This document shows, piece after piece, positions 35,245 to 44,121 of a stretch of DNA of 64,000 bases. The DNA lies in contig JBKAGP010000001.1 of the NCBI GenBank assembly GCA_046290465.1, positions 4,928,001-4,992,000 of the forward strand. Reading direction: 5' to 3'. The notes beneath the pieces are model-generated. The model made no database searches, was not told the origin of the DNA, and worked only from the letters and a program-made list of their open reading frames with translations. Both the position numbers and the translations under genes were made by a program. Source of the DNA: Planctomycetota bacterium. Its GTDB lineage: Bacteria > Planctomycetota > UBA1135 > UBA2386. Position 1 is the stretch's first letter; each line of letters starts with the position of its first letter.

Positions 35245-35505
35245 ATGACTGCGATGATGCAATCGTTCCTTCCCTGGATCTTCTGCCTGTTCCTGACGCC
35301 GACGACGGCCGACAGCAACGGCTGTTGCCCGCCCGGCTGCTGCCCGGAACCCTGCTGCGAGGTCTGCGAGCCGGCCTGCTGCGACGAAGGCTGCTGCGAT
35401 GAGGGCTGCTGCGACGCAGGCAGCCGTGACGAAGGCAGCGCCGAGGCCCAGGCCTCGTCGTGCTGCGAGACGGCGACGCCGTGCTGCGGCACGTCGCGCG
35501 ACTGA
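35245..35505 (+). CDS. Small secreted Cys-rich metallothionein-like protein
   Basis: Hydrophobic leader followed by 8 CC pairs (18 Cys in 86 aa). Fits the gap between divergent ECF genes and ends 16 bp before the next ATG. Confidence 0.75.
   Translation: MTAMMQSFLPWIFCLFLTPTTADSNGCCPPGCCPEPCCEVCEPACCDEGCCDEGCCDAGSRDEGSAEAQASSCCETATPCCGTSRD
35376..35435 (+). repeat. 15-bp coding tandem repeat x4 (CCDEG units)
   Basis: ctgctgcgacgaagg / ctgctgcgatgaggg / ctgctgcgacgcagg / cagccgtgacgaagg. Confidence 0.85.
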
Positions 35506-35521
35506 GGCGTAGACTGCGCCG

Positions 35522-36043
35522 ATGCGCACCGCGCTCGACCCGGACACGTTCACCCAGGCGTTCGCCCGCAACGGGCGTGCACTGTGGGTGATCGCGTCCG
35601 CGTGGGTCGGGCGCGCCGAGGCCGAGGACCTGGTGCAGGAGGTCGCGCGGGTCGCGTGGGAGCGACGCGCGCAGTTCTGTGACGGGGACGATCCTGGGCC
35701 GTGGTTCGCGACCATTGCGCGGCAGCTCGGCGCCAACTGGCGTCGTCGCCGTCGCCCCGAGGTGCGCGACAACGAGGCCTTGCCCGAAGTGGTCGCGTCG
35801 ACGATCGCGGCCGCGGACTGGCCGTTCGACGCCGATCGCGCGGGACTCTCCGACGAGCTTGCGGCCGCACTGTCGCGGCTGCCGGAGGTCGCGCGCGCGG
35901 CGCTGCTGCTGCACGTCGTGCTCGGCCACGGCTTCGCCGAGATCGCACGCATGCTCGGGACCAACGAGAACACCGCGGCGAGCCACGCCCGCCGCGCACG
36001 ACTGGCGCTGCGAGAGGCGCTGACCCCAGCGAGGGAACGATGA
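35522..36043 (+). CDS. ECF sigma-70 factor
   Basis: AEAEDLVQEV…WFATIAR, LSRLPE…EIARMLG…HARRAR. Confidence 0.9.
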   Translation: MRTALDPDTFTQAFARNGRALWVIASAWVGRAEAEDLVQEVARVAWERRAQFCDGDDPGPWFATIARQLGANWRRRRRPEVRDNEALPEVVASTIAAADWPFDADRAGLSDELAAALSRLPEVARAALLLHVVLGHGFAEIARMLGTNENTAASHARRARLALREALTPARER

Positions 36044-36657
36044 GCGAACCAGACGACGACCGGATCGACGACCTGCTGCGCGCCGCGTTCGTGCCGCCGC
36101 CCGACGAGGCGTTCGCCGCGATGGCCGAGTCCGCGCGGCAGGATGCACCCGCGCCGGGCGCGGCGCCGCGGCCGCTGTGGCCGTGGCTGCTGGCGGCCGC
36201 CGCCGTGATGCTGGTCGGCGTGCTGGTGTTCGATGCGCTGCAGCGCCCGGATCGTCCGGACGCCTACCGTCCTGCCGAACTCGGCGCGATGTGGGCCGCG
36301 GCCTACGACCACGCGATCGACACCGGCTTCGGCGGTGGGGGCTGCTGCGAGGCGCCCACCGACCTGGCCCAGCGCTGCCGGGAGGTCTGCGGCCAGGCGC
36401 TGTCGTTCGGCGGCCGTGGCGACGTGCAGCTGCTCGGTTGCTACTGCGGCCTTTCGACGGGCGGTTGCCTCGGGCTGATGCTGCAGGTGGACGGCGCGCC
36501 GATCAGCGTGTTCGTGCTGCGCGCCGACCAGGATCCGCGGCCGGTGCTCGAAGGCCGCGACGAACTGGTGCTGCAGCGGCGCGCGCTCGGCGAACTGGTG
36601 CTCTACTCGATCGGCTACGAACGGCGCGAACAAGCGCTCGCCGGCTTCTCACTGTAG
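36040..36657 (+). CDS. Putative anti-sigma factor with Cys-rich extracytoplasmic domain
   Basis: IDDLLRAAF N-terminus, TM WLLAAAAVMLVGVLV, then CC-x9-C-x3-C…CYC…C. ATGA-coupled to the ECF gene. Confidence 0.78.
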   Translation: MSEPDDDRIDDLLRAAFVPPPDEAFAAMAESARQDAPAPGAAPRPLWPWLLAAAAVMLVGVLVFDALQRPDRPDAYRPAELGAMWAAAYDHAIDTGFGGGGCCEAPTDLAQRCREVCGQALSFGGRGDVQLLGCYCGLSTGGCLGLMLQVDGAPISVFVLRADQDPRPVLEGRDELVLQRRALGELVLYSIGYERREQALAGFSL

Positions 36658-37272
36658 GTCGGCGAGCAGCAGGTCGTCGATCTGCTGGCTGATGTGCAGG
36701 TAGGCGCGCACCTCGGCGTCGAAGTGCGCGTCCTTGGACCGGGTATCGTCGATGGCCTCGGTGTCGCGTCGTTCGAGCATGCCGTCGGCGTAGAGCGCGA
36801 ACACGGCGCGGGCGCGCCTGGTCGAGTGGCGGCGCATGGCCTCGATCGTGCCCGAGATGAACGACATGATCGCGCCGAGCTGGATCAGTCCGTAGCAGGC
36901 CCGCCAGAGGTTGAACGTGGCCGCGACCGACAGCGCCAGCACCAGCACGACCACCGCCGGCCAGAACGCGCGACGGTAGATCGGGTGCGGCTCGTCGTTC
37001 TGCACCTGGTGCAGGTAGACGGTCGCCGGCAGGCGGCGATACCAGTCGCGCAGCGTGCCGAACAGGCCGCCGGCGCCGCCGATGATGCAGCCGAGGGCGC
37101 CGCCGATCGAGCCGCTGACCTCGCCTGCGCCCTGCGCCCAACCGATCGCGTAGACGACCATGCCGAGGCCGGCGGCGATACAGCCGCCGCTGAGCACGAC
37201 GCCGCCGACCATCAGCCAGCGGGGCATGCAGACGATGCTGCGGAGCGGGATCGGGTTCTCGTTCTTCTTCAC
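36649..37272 (-). CDS. Membrane protein coupled to ECF (putative anti-sigma)
   Basis: About 4 TM segments. GTGA overlap with the ECF stop. Confidence 0.7.
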   Translation of the reverse strand: MKKNENPIPLRSIVCMPRWLMVGGVVLSGGCIAAGLGMVVYAIGWAQGAGEVSGSIGGALGCIIGGAGGLFGTLRDWYRRLPATVYLHQVQNDEPHPIYRRAFWPAVVVLVLALSVAATFNLWRACYGLIQLGAIMSFISGTIEAMRRHSTRRARAVFALYADGMLERRDTEAIDDTRSKDAHFDAEVRAYLHISQQIDDLLLADLQ

Positions 37273-37712
37273 GGGGTGAGCCTCTTCTTGAGTTTCTGGA
37301 TGGCGGCGCAGCGGCGCGCGGCAACGGTGCCGAGCGAGCAGCCGAGCACGTTGGCGACCTCGCGGTAGCCGAGGCCCTCGACGGCGGTCAGCAGCAGCGT
37401 CTCGCGTTCGTCGTCGGGCAGCGCGCCGAGCGCGTGCAGCAGATCGCTGTGGTCGCTCGGCTCGGCGGCCGCAGGTTCCGGGTCGACGTTGCTGCGCGGT
37501 GCGCGGCGTCGATGGCGGTCGATGCAGCGGTTGCGCACCAGTCGGAACAGCAGCACCTCGGGGCCGGTCGCGAGGTCGAAGCGGTCCGGTTCGGCCAGCA
37601 GCCTGGCGAACACGTCCTGCACGATCTCCTCGGCATCGTGGCGGTTCTGCAGCAGCTGGGCGGCGAACCGCAACAGCCTGCTGCGCCAGGTGGTGAAGGT
37701 CTCGTCGATCAC
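37269..37712 (-). CDS. ECF sigma-70 factor
   Basis: DAEEIVQDVF…LFRLVRNRCID, EGLGYREVA..LGCSLGTV. Confidence 0.92.
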   Translation of the reverse strand: MIDETFTTWRSRLLRFAAQLLQNRHDAEEIVQDVFARLLAEPDRFDLATGPEVLLFRLVRNRCIDRHRRRAPRSNVDPEPAAAEPSDHSDLLHALGALPDDERETLLLTAVEGLGYREVANVLGCSLGTVAARRCAAIQKLKKRLTP

Positions 37713-37721
37713 GGCAACGGC

Positions 37722-37748
37722 AACACGACCGGGTCCCGTGCCTGTTCA
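37722..37748 (-). promoter_or_regulatory. Candidate autoregulatory ECF promoter TGAAC-N16-CGTGTT
   Basis: Matches the general ECF -35 AAC / -10 CGT pattern, 9 nt before the GTG start. Confidence 0.55.
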
Positions 37749-37841
37749 GAAAATCCGTGGCACGAATCTGCGACCGGGCAGGGGACGCGGGCTAGTAGGG
37801 GATGGTCGCAGACCGCGACCGAGACCCCAAGGAGACGTCCG

Positions 37842-38246
37842 ATGCCTGCCCACTCGTTGCTCACCGGGGCGCTGTGCGCCCTGACCCTGTTGCCGTTCGG
37901 CGAGACCACCTCGCCGCAGCTCGACATCCAGCGGCTCGGCGCCGAGGTCCGGCTGACCGTCGGCGGCCACGACGAGATCTTCGTCGGTGCCTTCCTCGGC
38001 TCGCTCGAGCCGACGCTGCAGCACTACCTGACCGGGTTGCCGCCGCTGCTCGGCGACGCCGTCTACCTCGGCGGCGGCATCGGCTATCCCGACGGCGGTT
38101 TCGTGCTGCCGCTGCAGCCGAGCGCGCTGCCGCCCGACGTGTCGATCTACGTGCAGGGCGTCACGCTGACCGAGGCGGGGATCCAGGCGACCGACGTCGG
38201 CAAGTTCTCGGTGTCCGAGCAGCAGATCGAGCCCGTGGGCAACTGA
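37842..38246 (+). CDS. Hypothetical secreted protein
   Basis: AGGAGA RBS, hydrophobic leader, C-terminal IYVQGV-type beta segment. Confidence 0.7.
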   Translation: MPAHSLLTGALCALTLLPFGETTSPQLDIQRLGAEVRLTVGGHDEIFVGAFLGSLEPTLQHYLTGLPPLLGDAVYLGGGIGYPDGGFVLPLQPSALPPDVSIYVQGVTLTEAGIQATDVGKFSVSEQQIEPVGN

Positions 38247-38331
38247 GCTGCGGCTCGGTGGCCGGGCGATCGAAGGGTTGCCGCGGATACCGGTGGCGTC
38301 GCGCCGCCGAATCCGCAAGATGCTTCGCCCG

Positions 38332-39099
38332 ATGACCTCCCGAGTGCTGTCCGAGCGGCGCGGCGATGCCGTGCTCGTCACCCTCAACGCGCCCGAACGG
38401 CGCAACGCGATCGACCAGGAGATGGTCGACGGCCTGCACGCCGTGCTGGACGAACTCCAGCACGACGAGACCGTCGCCGCGATCGTGATCACGGGCGCGG
38501 GCGACAAGGCGTTTGCTGCCGGCGCGGACATCGCGCAGCTGCGCGATCGCACCTCGGCCGATGCGATGAAGGCGATCAACAGCGGCATCTTCAACCGCAT
38601 CGAGGAGTTCGCGACGCCGGTGATCGCGGCGGTCAAGGGCTACGCGCTCGGCGGCGGCTGTGAGCTGGCGATCGCGTGCGACCTGCGGGTGATCGGCGAG
38701 TCGGCCAAGATGGGCCAGCCCGAGGTCAAGCTCGGCATCATCCCGGCCGCCGGCGGCACCTACCGCCTGCCGCGCCTGATCGGGCTCGGCCGCGCGCGCG
38801 AGCTGGTCTACACCGGGCGCATGGTCGACGCCGACGAGGCGCTGCGCATCGGCCTCGCCAACCGGGTCGTGGCCGATGCCGAGGTCGTCGACGCGGCGCT
38901 GGCGATGGCCGACGAGATCGCCAAGAACGGCCGGCTGGCCGTGCGCGGCGCCAAGCGCTCACTCAACGCGCTGTCGCGCCCGGGCCACGAGAACGCGGTG
39001 GTGTTCGAGAGCTCGACGCAGGCGGTGCTGTTCGACAGCGACGACAAGAAGGCGCGCATGACCGCGTTCCTCGACAAGCAGAACCAGAAGAAGGGCTGA
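38332..39099 (+). CDS. Enoyl-CoA hydratase/isomerase
   Basis: AFAAGADI, ALGGGCELA, QPEVKLGIIP. Confidence 0.95.
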   Translation: MTSRVLSERRGDAVLVTLNAPERRNAIDQEMVDGLHAVLDELQHDETVAAIVITGAGDKAFAAGADIAQLRDRTSADAMKAINSGIFNRIEEFATPVIAAVKGYALGGGCELAIACDLRVIGESAKMGQPEVKLGIIPAAGGTYRLPRLIGLGRARELVYTGRMVDADEALRIGLANRVVADAEVVDAALAMADEIAKNGRLAVRGAKRSLNALSRPGHENAVVFESSTQAVLFDSDDKKARMTAFLDKQNQKKG

Positions 39100-39105
39100 T
39101 CCAAG

Positions 39106-39966
39106 ATGGCTGACACCAGGTTCCAGAAGGTCGCCGTGCTCGGCGCGGGCACGATGGGCGCGGGCATCGCGCAGGTCTGCGCGCAGGCCGGCTCGACGGT
39201 CGTGCTGTGCGACATCTCCGACGAGTTCGTCACCAAGGGCATGGAGCGCATCCGGGCGTTCCTGCAGAAGGGCGTCGACAAGGGCAAGACCACCGAGGAG
39301 CAGCGCGACCAGACGCTGACGCGGATCTCGACCAGCACCGACCGCGCCGCGGCGTGCCGGGACGTCGACCTCGTCGTCGAGGCGGTGCCCGAGAAGCTCG
39401 ACCTCAAGAACGGCATCTTCCGCGAGCTCGGCGAGGTCGTGTCGGCGGACTGCGTGCTCGCCAGCAACACCTCGTCGCTGTCGCTCGCCAAGGTCTTCGA
39501 CGGCGTGACGGGCCCGGAGCGCTGCATCGGCTGGCACTTCTTCAACCCGGTGCCGATCATGAAGCTGCTCGAGCTGGTGCGCACCGATGCGACTGGCGAA
39601 GACACGATCGCCGCGTCGCAGGACTACGGCCGGCTGCTGGGCAAGGAGCCGATCCTGGTCAAGGACAGCCCCGGCTTCGCCAGCTCGCGCCTCGGCGTGT
39701 GCCTCGGGCTCGAGGCGATCCGCATGCTCGAGGGCGGCGTGGCATCGGCCGAGGACATCGACAAGGCGATGGTGCTCGGCTACGGCCACCCGATGGGGCC
39801 GCTCAAGCTGACCGACCTGGTCGGCCTCGACGTGCGCCTGGCGATCGCCGACTACCTGCGCGACGAGCTCGGTCTCGAGGGCTTCGCCGCGCCGGAGCTG
39901 ATGCGCAGGATGGTCGCCGAGGGCAAGCTCGGCAAGAAGAGCGGCCAGGGCTTCTACACCTGGTAG
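39106..39966 (+). CDS. 3-hydroxybutyryl/3-hydroxyacyl-CoA dehydrogenase
   Basis: GAGTMG, EAVPE, SNTSS, HFFNP, GKKSGQGFY. Confidence 0.95.
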   Translation: MADTRFQKVAVLGAGTMGAGIAQVCAQAGSTVVLCDISDEFVTKGMERIRAFLQKGVDKGKTTEEQRDQTLTRISTSTDRAAACRDVDLVVEAVPEKLDLKNGIFRELGEVVSADCVLASNTSSLSLAKVFDGVTGPERCIGWHFFNPVPIMKLLELVRTDATGEDTIAASQDYGRLLGKEPILVKDSPGFASSRLGVCLGLEAIRMLEGGVASAEDIDKAMVLGYGHPMGPLKLTDLVGLDVRLAIADYLRDELGLEGFAAPELMRRMVAEGKLGKKSGQGFYTW

Positions 39967-39978
39967 CGCCCCGCTGCG

Positions 39979-41703
39979 CTACCAGCGAAAGCGCGACACC
40001 ATCTTGTCGTCGTCGCAATAGGTGGCGCTGGCCATGCCGCTGATGCCGAGCTGCTTCATCTCGGCGGTCAGCGCCTTGGCCATCTGCGCGAACATCTCGC
40101 CCTGCTCGCCGAGTTCGCCGCTCGCGGCGAAGATGCCCACCATCGCCTCCAGGCTCTCGCCGACCGGCGTCACGGCGACGCTGTTCCATCCCTTGGGGAA
40201 CGCGGCGAAGCGCTGCTGCAGGCCGGCGGGCAGTCCCTGGCGGCCGGCGGCGCGGGTGTCGAGCACGCTGCGCAGCGTGGCGCGCGCGCCCGGCTCGACG
40301 CCGATCAGCAGCAGGTCGTCGAGCACCGCGTATTCGACCTCGACCAGGCCGGCGAGCTTCATGCGGTAGACCTTGGTGCCGGCGTGCTCCTCGGACTTGC
40401 GCCCGACGTGCAGGCCGCGCGAGCGCAGTGCGGTGTCCAGCGACGCGCCGAACGCCTTGCCGTCCAGCAGCGACAGCCCGAACACGGTGCCGTTCAGCAT
40501 CGCCGCCGGGTTGTCCTCGAGGTCGTCGAAGTCGGCGTCCTCGAGCACGTTCGGCTGCTGCACCATCAGCATCTCCTTGCCGACCATGGCGAGCAGGTCA
40601 TCCTTGAGGTGGACCTTGGTCGCGTTCTGGAAGCCGTCGAGCATGTCGTCGAAGGTGAGCGGCGTGAAGTCCTCCATCGAGGTCCAGACGTCGGCGACGG
40701 TGTTGTAGAGCGCCATCAGGTCGAACGACGAGACCGAGAACGACTCGGACGCTGCCGGCACCGCGCCGAGCAGCCGCGGCCGTGCGCTGCTGCGCGGATA
40801 CATGTCGAGCATGCCGCGGCCGGTCTTGCCCATGCCGAACTCCATCACGCCGGCGATGGCCGTGCCGTCGGGCTGCAGCGTCAGCGTCAGGTCGCGCAGG
40901 GCGCCGATGCCGATCATGTCCATCAGGTCGCCGGGATCGACCGGGCCGCCGCCGTTGTCGGCGGCCATCATGGCCTTCATCGCCTTGCCGAGGTCGGCGT
41001 GCAGGTACAGCGGCGCGGCGCCCATCGCGCCGGCGAAGCGGTCGGTGCGCGCGAGCAGCTGCTTCGCGTCCTTGGCGAGCGAAGTGCCGCCGATCATGAC
41101 CAGGCTGCCGTCGATCATCGTCGGCAGCGCCGCATCCGGCTCGTCGCCGCCGTTGTCGGTGCGTCGCAGGGTCAGGTCGCCGACGACCAGGTCGACCAGC
41201 TGCTGGTCGGCCGGCTTGGTCTTGTCGACCATGCTGGCGAACTCCTTGGCGACGGCGGCGAGGTCGAACGAGCCGTCGGAGGTCAGCGCGATCACGAACG
41301 ACAGCGGCGGCACTTCGCCGTAGTCCATCGCGTCGACGAAGTGGTCCCAGTCCATCTGCAGCGAGACGATCAGGTCGCCGCGCCACTCGTTGAGCAGGCC
41401 GTCGACGAGCTTGGCGTCGAACACGCCCTGGTCGCGCAGCTGCTGCAGGCCGAGGTCGAGGCGCTGGGTCGCCATCTGCATCAGCGGCGCCAGCGTCGCG
41501 CCGTTCATCAGCTTGCTGGCCTGGGTCTTGGCGAACCGTTCGCGCCACTTGGTGGGCGAAGCGACCCGCAGCACGACGGCCGAGTCGCGCGGGACGAATC
41601 GGTTGGACGGCTGGGTCGCCTGGGTAGTCGATTGGGCCGGAAGGACGGAGAGGGTGGCCAGCGCGGCGAGCGCGGCGGCCGGGAGGATGCGATGGTTGGA
41701 CAT
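39979..41703 (-). CDS. Secreted protein, DUF3352-like
   Basis: Signal peptide (…LPAQ), 'FVPRDS' and 'AVPAAS' internal duplication, LKDDLLAMVGKE. Confidence 0.6.
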   Translation of the reverse strand: MSNHRILPAAALAALATLSVLPAQSTTQATQPSNRFVPRDSAVVLRVASPTKWRERFAKTQASKLMNGATLAPLMQMATQRLDLGLQQLRDQGVFDAKLVDGLLNEWRGDLIVSLQMDWDHFVDAMDYGEVPPLSFVIALTSDGSFDLAAVAKEFASMVDKTKPADQQLVDLVVGDLTLRRTDNGGDEPDAALPTMIDGSLVMIGGTSLAKDAKQLLARTDRFAGAMGAAPLYLHADLGKAMKAMMAADNGGGPVDPGDLMDMIGIGALRDLTLTLQPDGTAIAGVMEFGMGKTGRGMLDMYPRSSARPRLLGAVPAASESFSVSSFDLMALYNTVADVWTSMEDFTPLTFDDMLDGFQNATKVHLKDDLLAMVGKEMLMVQQPNVLEDADFDDLEDNPAAMLNGTVFGLSLLDGKAFGASLDTALRSRGLHVGRKSEEHAGTKVYRMKLAGLVEVEYAVLDDLLLIGVEPGARATLRSVLDTRAAGRQGLPAGLQQRFAAFPKGWNSVAVTPVGESLEAMVGIFAASGELGEQGEMFAQMAKALTAEMKQLGISGMASATYCDDDKMVSRFRW

Positions 41704-41854
41704 GGTGGTGGCCCCGGATGGCGGGTGCGGGCCGCCGGTGGCCGAGCCGGGCGGGATCCTGTCGCGAATCCTCGGTGGCAGGGTGGCGAGGTCCGTCAGG
41801 AGGTCTCCACAAAACGTCGGAACCGGTCGGTTCCGGGCACGTTCGCCGCCCGCC

Positions 41855-42928
41855 ATGAAGATGCTCGCCGCGCTGGTCGCCCTCTCGTCCGCCCTGGTGC
41901 CCGCTGCGGCGCAGGCCCCGCAGCTGACGTCGGTCGATCGCTACGCCGACGGATCCTGCGGGGGCGTGCTCGTCGACGCCGCCGCCAGCACCGCGTTCTG
42001 CATCGAGGTCACCCGGCACCGCGCGGAGCTGTGGCTCGACGCGCGGCACGAAGGGGCCGACGGGGCGCGGCGGGTCGCGCCCGGCAGCGACGAGGAGCAG
42101 GCGTTCTTGCGGCGCCTGCAGCAGTGGGGCAAGGCCGCGTTCGACGACGAGCTGCGCGCCCGCATCGAAGCGGCCGACGACGTGCACCATCGCGGCCAGG
42201 GCTGGTCGTTCGCGTCGTTCGACCGCTACAAGGAGGCGGCGGTGCTCAACCGCCTCGCGCTCTATCGCCGCATCCACGCGGCGACGATCACCGACGTGAT
42301 CCGGGGGCGCGGCACGGTGCGGTTGTCGCTCAAGGTGCGTGACGGGCTGGGTGCTGCGCGGTTGGTGACGTTCCGTCGCCTGGAGCAGACCACGCTGCGC
42401 ATGCACTTCGGGGACGCGCAGCAGCCGGTCGCCTACGACTCGGTCGACGAACGGTTCGTGCTGCAGGCGATGCGGGCCTACACCGAGAAGAACATCCCGG
42501 CGCGCGGGCTCGAGTTGCTGTGGCAGGGGGCCAAGCTGTGGCCGATGGGGGCCTCGCGCGACGCGATGGCGGTGTTCGCGGTGCTGAAGGAGTACTGCTG
42601 GCAGAGCTCGCCGCGGCTGGCCAACGCGTTCTACGTCAAGGACGGCGGCTCGACGATCTACGCGCTCGTCGACATGCGCAGCCGCGCCTACGAGGTCAAG
42701 TTCGACAAGGCGATCGGATCGACGACGATCGGTCGGATGTACGAACGTCAGGGCAAGGACGAGTGGCAGCTGGTGGCGTTGGGCAGCGATCGCGAGGCCG
42801 AACTGCTGGCGGGCTTCCGCTCGCTGCTCGCGCGCATCGGCGAGCGCGACCGGCCGATGCTGGCCGGCTGGCTCGAGCGCTACGCGAAGCTGCAGGCCGA
42901 GGCCAAGATCAAGGGGAAGCGGAGCTGA
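41855..42928 (+). CDS. Hypothetical secreted protein with three internal repeats
   Basis: Signal peptide …PAAAQ. VAPGSDEE / VAYDSVDE / VALGSDRE repeats. Confidence 0.72.
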   Translation: MKMLAALVALSSALVPAAAQAPQLTSVDRYADGSCGGVLVDAAASTAFCIEVTRHRAELWLDARHEGADGARRVAPGSDEEQAFLRRLQQWGKAAFDDELRARIEAADDVHHRGQGWSFASFDRYKEAAVLNRLALYRRIHAATITDVIRGRGTVRLSLKVRDGLGAARLVTFRRLEQTTLRMHFGDAQQPVAYDSVDERFVLQAMRAYTEKNIPARGLELLWQGAKLWPMGASRDAMAVFAVLKEYCWQSSPRLANAFYVKDGGSTIYALVDMRSRAYEVKFDKAIGSTTIGRMYERQGKDEWQLVALGSDREAELLAGFRSLLARIGERDRPMLAGWLERYAKLQAEAKIKGKRS

Positions 42929-44111
42929 TCCGTTGTAGCGCGTCGGCGACGTCGCTGCGCCGGCGGCGCGCATCGCGGTCGACGTGCAGCACGAACTCGA
43001 CGTTGCGCGGCTGCGGCGACGGTCGTGTCGGGCTGGTCCGGTAGCGCTTGTAGCTGCGCTGGAACGTGCGCACGGCGCCGTGCTCGCCGGCGATCGCGAC
43101 CAGCCGTTCGAGCGGCACCATGCCGTCGGTGCTGTAGCTGATCAGCAGGTGGCGGGCCGGCATCGTCGCGACCGCCTGCGCAAACGCGTCGGCCGCCAGG
43201 CGGCGGTCGTTGAACGCGCTGCGGCGCTGCTTCCAGTCGGGTCGGATCGCCGCCTTGAAGCCGCGTTCGGTCGGCGGCGGCAGCTCGGGGCGATCCCACA
43301 GCACCAACGAGTTGAGCACGTGGTAGTTGCTCGCGTAGGGGTGCTGGTTGTAGGGCGGGTCGAGGTAGGCGACGTCGGCCGGCGCGTCGAGCACGTCGCC
43401 GACCGTCGCCGCGTCGACGTCGAGCACGCGGTGCCGACGGCCGTTGTCGAGGAACTGCAGCGGTTGCAGTTCGAGGTCGGCCAGGATCCGGTGCAGCGCG
43501 GTGCCGTTGGCGCCGCCCCAGCCGGCGTGGAAGCCCTTGAACACGCCGCTGGTGTTGGCGAGCCAGCACGCCTGGTAGAGCAGCGGGGTCAGCAGGCACG
43601 CTGCCGCCGGGCCGTCGCAGCTGCCGTCCTCGGTCCACCGCTGGATCTGCGCGCGGATCGCGTCGATGCGGCGGCCGGTCGCGCGCCGGTAGAACATGCG
43701 TTCGCGCGCGGGGTCGGGCGCGTCGTCGTCGGCGGGGCACAGCGTGCGCGTGACCCAGTCGTCGATGCCGTCGAGCGCCGCCAGCGTTGCCAGCGCCTGC
43801 CGGTAGCCGCCGAGGCGCGGCAGCGGCGGCGGCTCCGGGCACGCGATCGCCGCCGTGTTGACGACCCGCGCGTACGGTTCCCAGTCGTTGCTGACGACCG
43901 CGAAGCCGCGCTGCTTGGCGAACCGCGACACCACCCCGCTGCCGGCGAACGCGTCGACGAACGTCGCGCGAGTCGGCGCGACGCCGGTCGCATCGAGCGC
44001 CGCGCCGATCAGGTCGAGCAGGTTCCGCTTGTTGCCGAGGTACGGCAACAGCTGGTGGAACACGAACTCGTCGGTCGAGCGCGCGGCGTGCTGTCCGTGG
44101 CGGTAGCGCAA
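42909..44111 (-). CDS. DNA adenine methyltransferase (D12/M.FokI-like), orphan
   Basis: YLGNK, motif I DAFAGSGVVS, NTSGVFKGFH, motif IV YLDPPYN, ISYS. Confidence 0.9.
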   Translation of the reverse strand: MRYRHGQHAARSTDEFVFHQLLPYLGNKRNLLDLIGAALDATGVAPTRATFVDAFAGSGVVSRFAKQRGFAVVSNDWEPYARVVNTAAIACPEPPPLPRLGGYRQALATLAALDGIDDWVTRTLCPADDDAPDPARERMFYRRATGRRIDAIRAQIQRWTEDGSCDGPAAACLLTPLLYQACWLANTSGVFKGFHAGWGGANGTALHRILADLELQPLQFLDNGRRHRVLDVDAATVGDVLDAPADVAYLDPPYNQHPYASNYHVLNSLVLWDRPELPPPTERGFKAAIRPDWKQRRSAFNDRRLAADAFAQAVATMPARHLLISYSTDGMVPLERLVAIAGEHGAVRTFQRSYKRYRTSPTRPSPQPRNVEFVLHVDRDARRRRSDVADALQRISSASP

Positions 44112-44121
44112 GGAGGCGCGG

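Noticed and set aside
35235..35492. Minus-strand ORF with QQPSS repeats
   Set aside because: It is the antisense of the CC-rich ORF. The + strand version has a signal-like leader and operon context.
35245..35505. RiPP precursor (ranthipeptide, lanthipeptide or thiopeptide)
   Set aside because: No radical SAM, LanB/C/M, YcaO, DUF692 or peptidase-ABC gene is nearby, and the N-terminus looks like a Sec signal.
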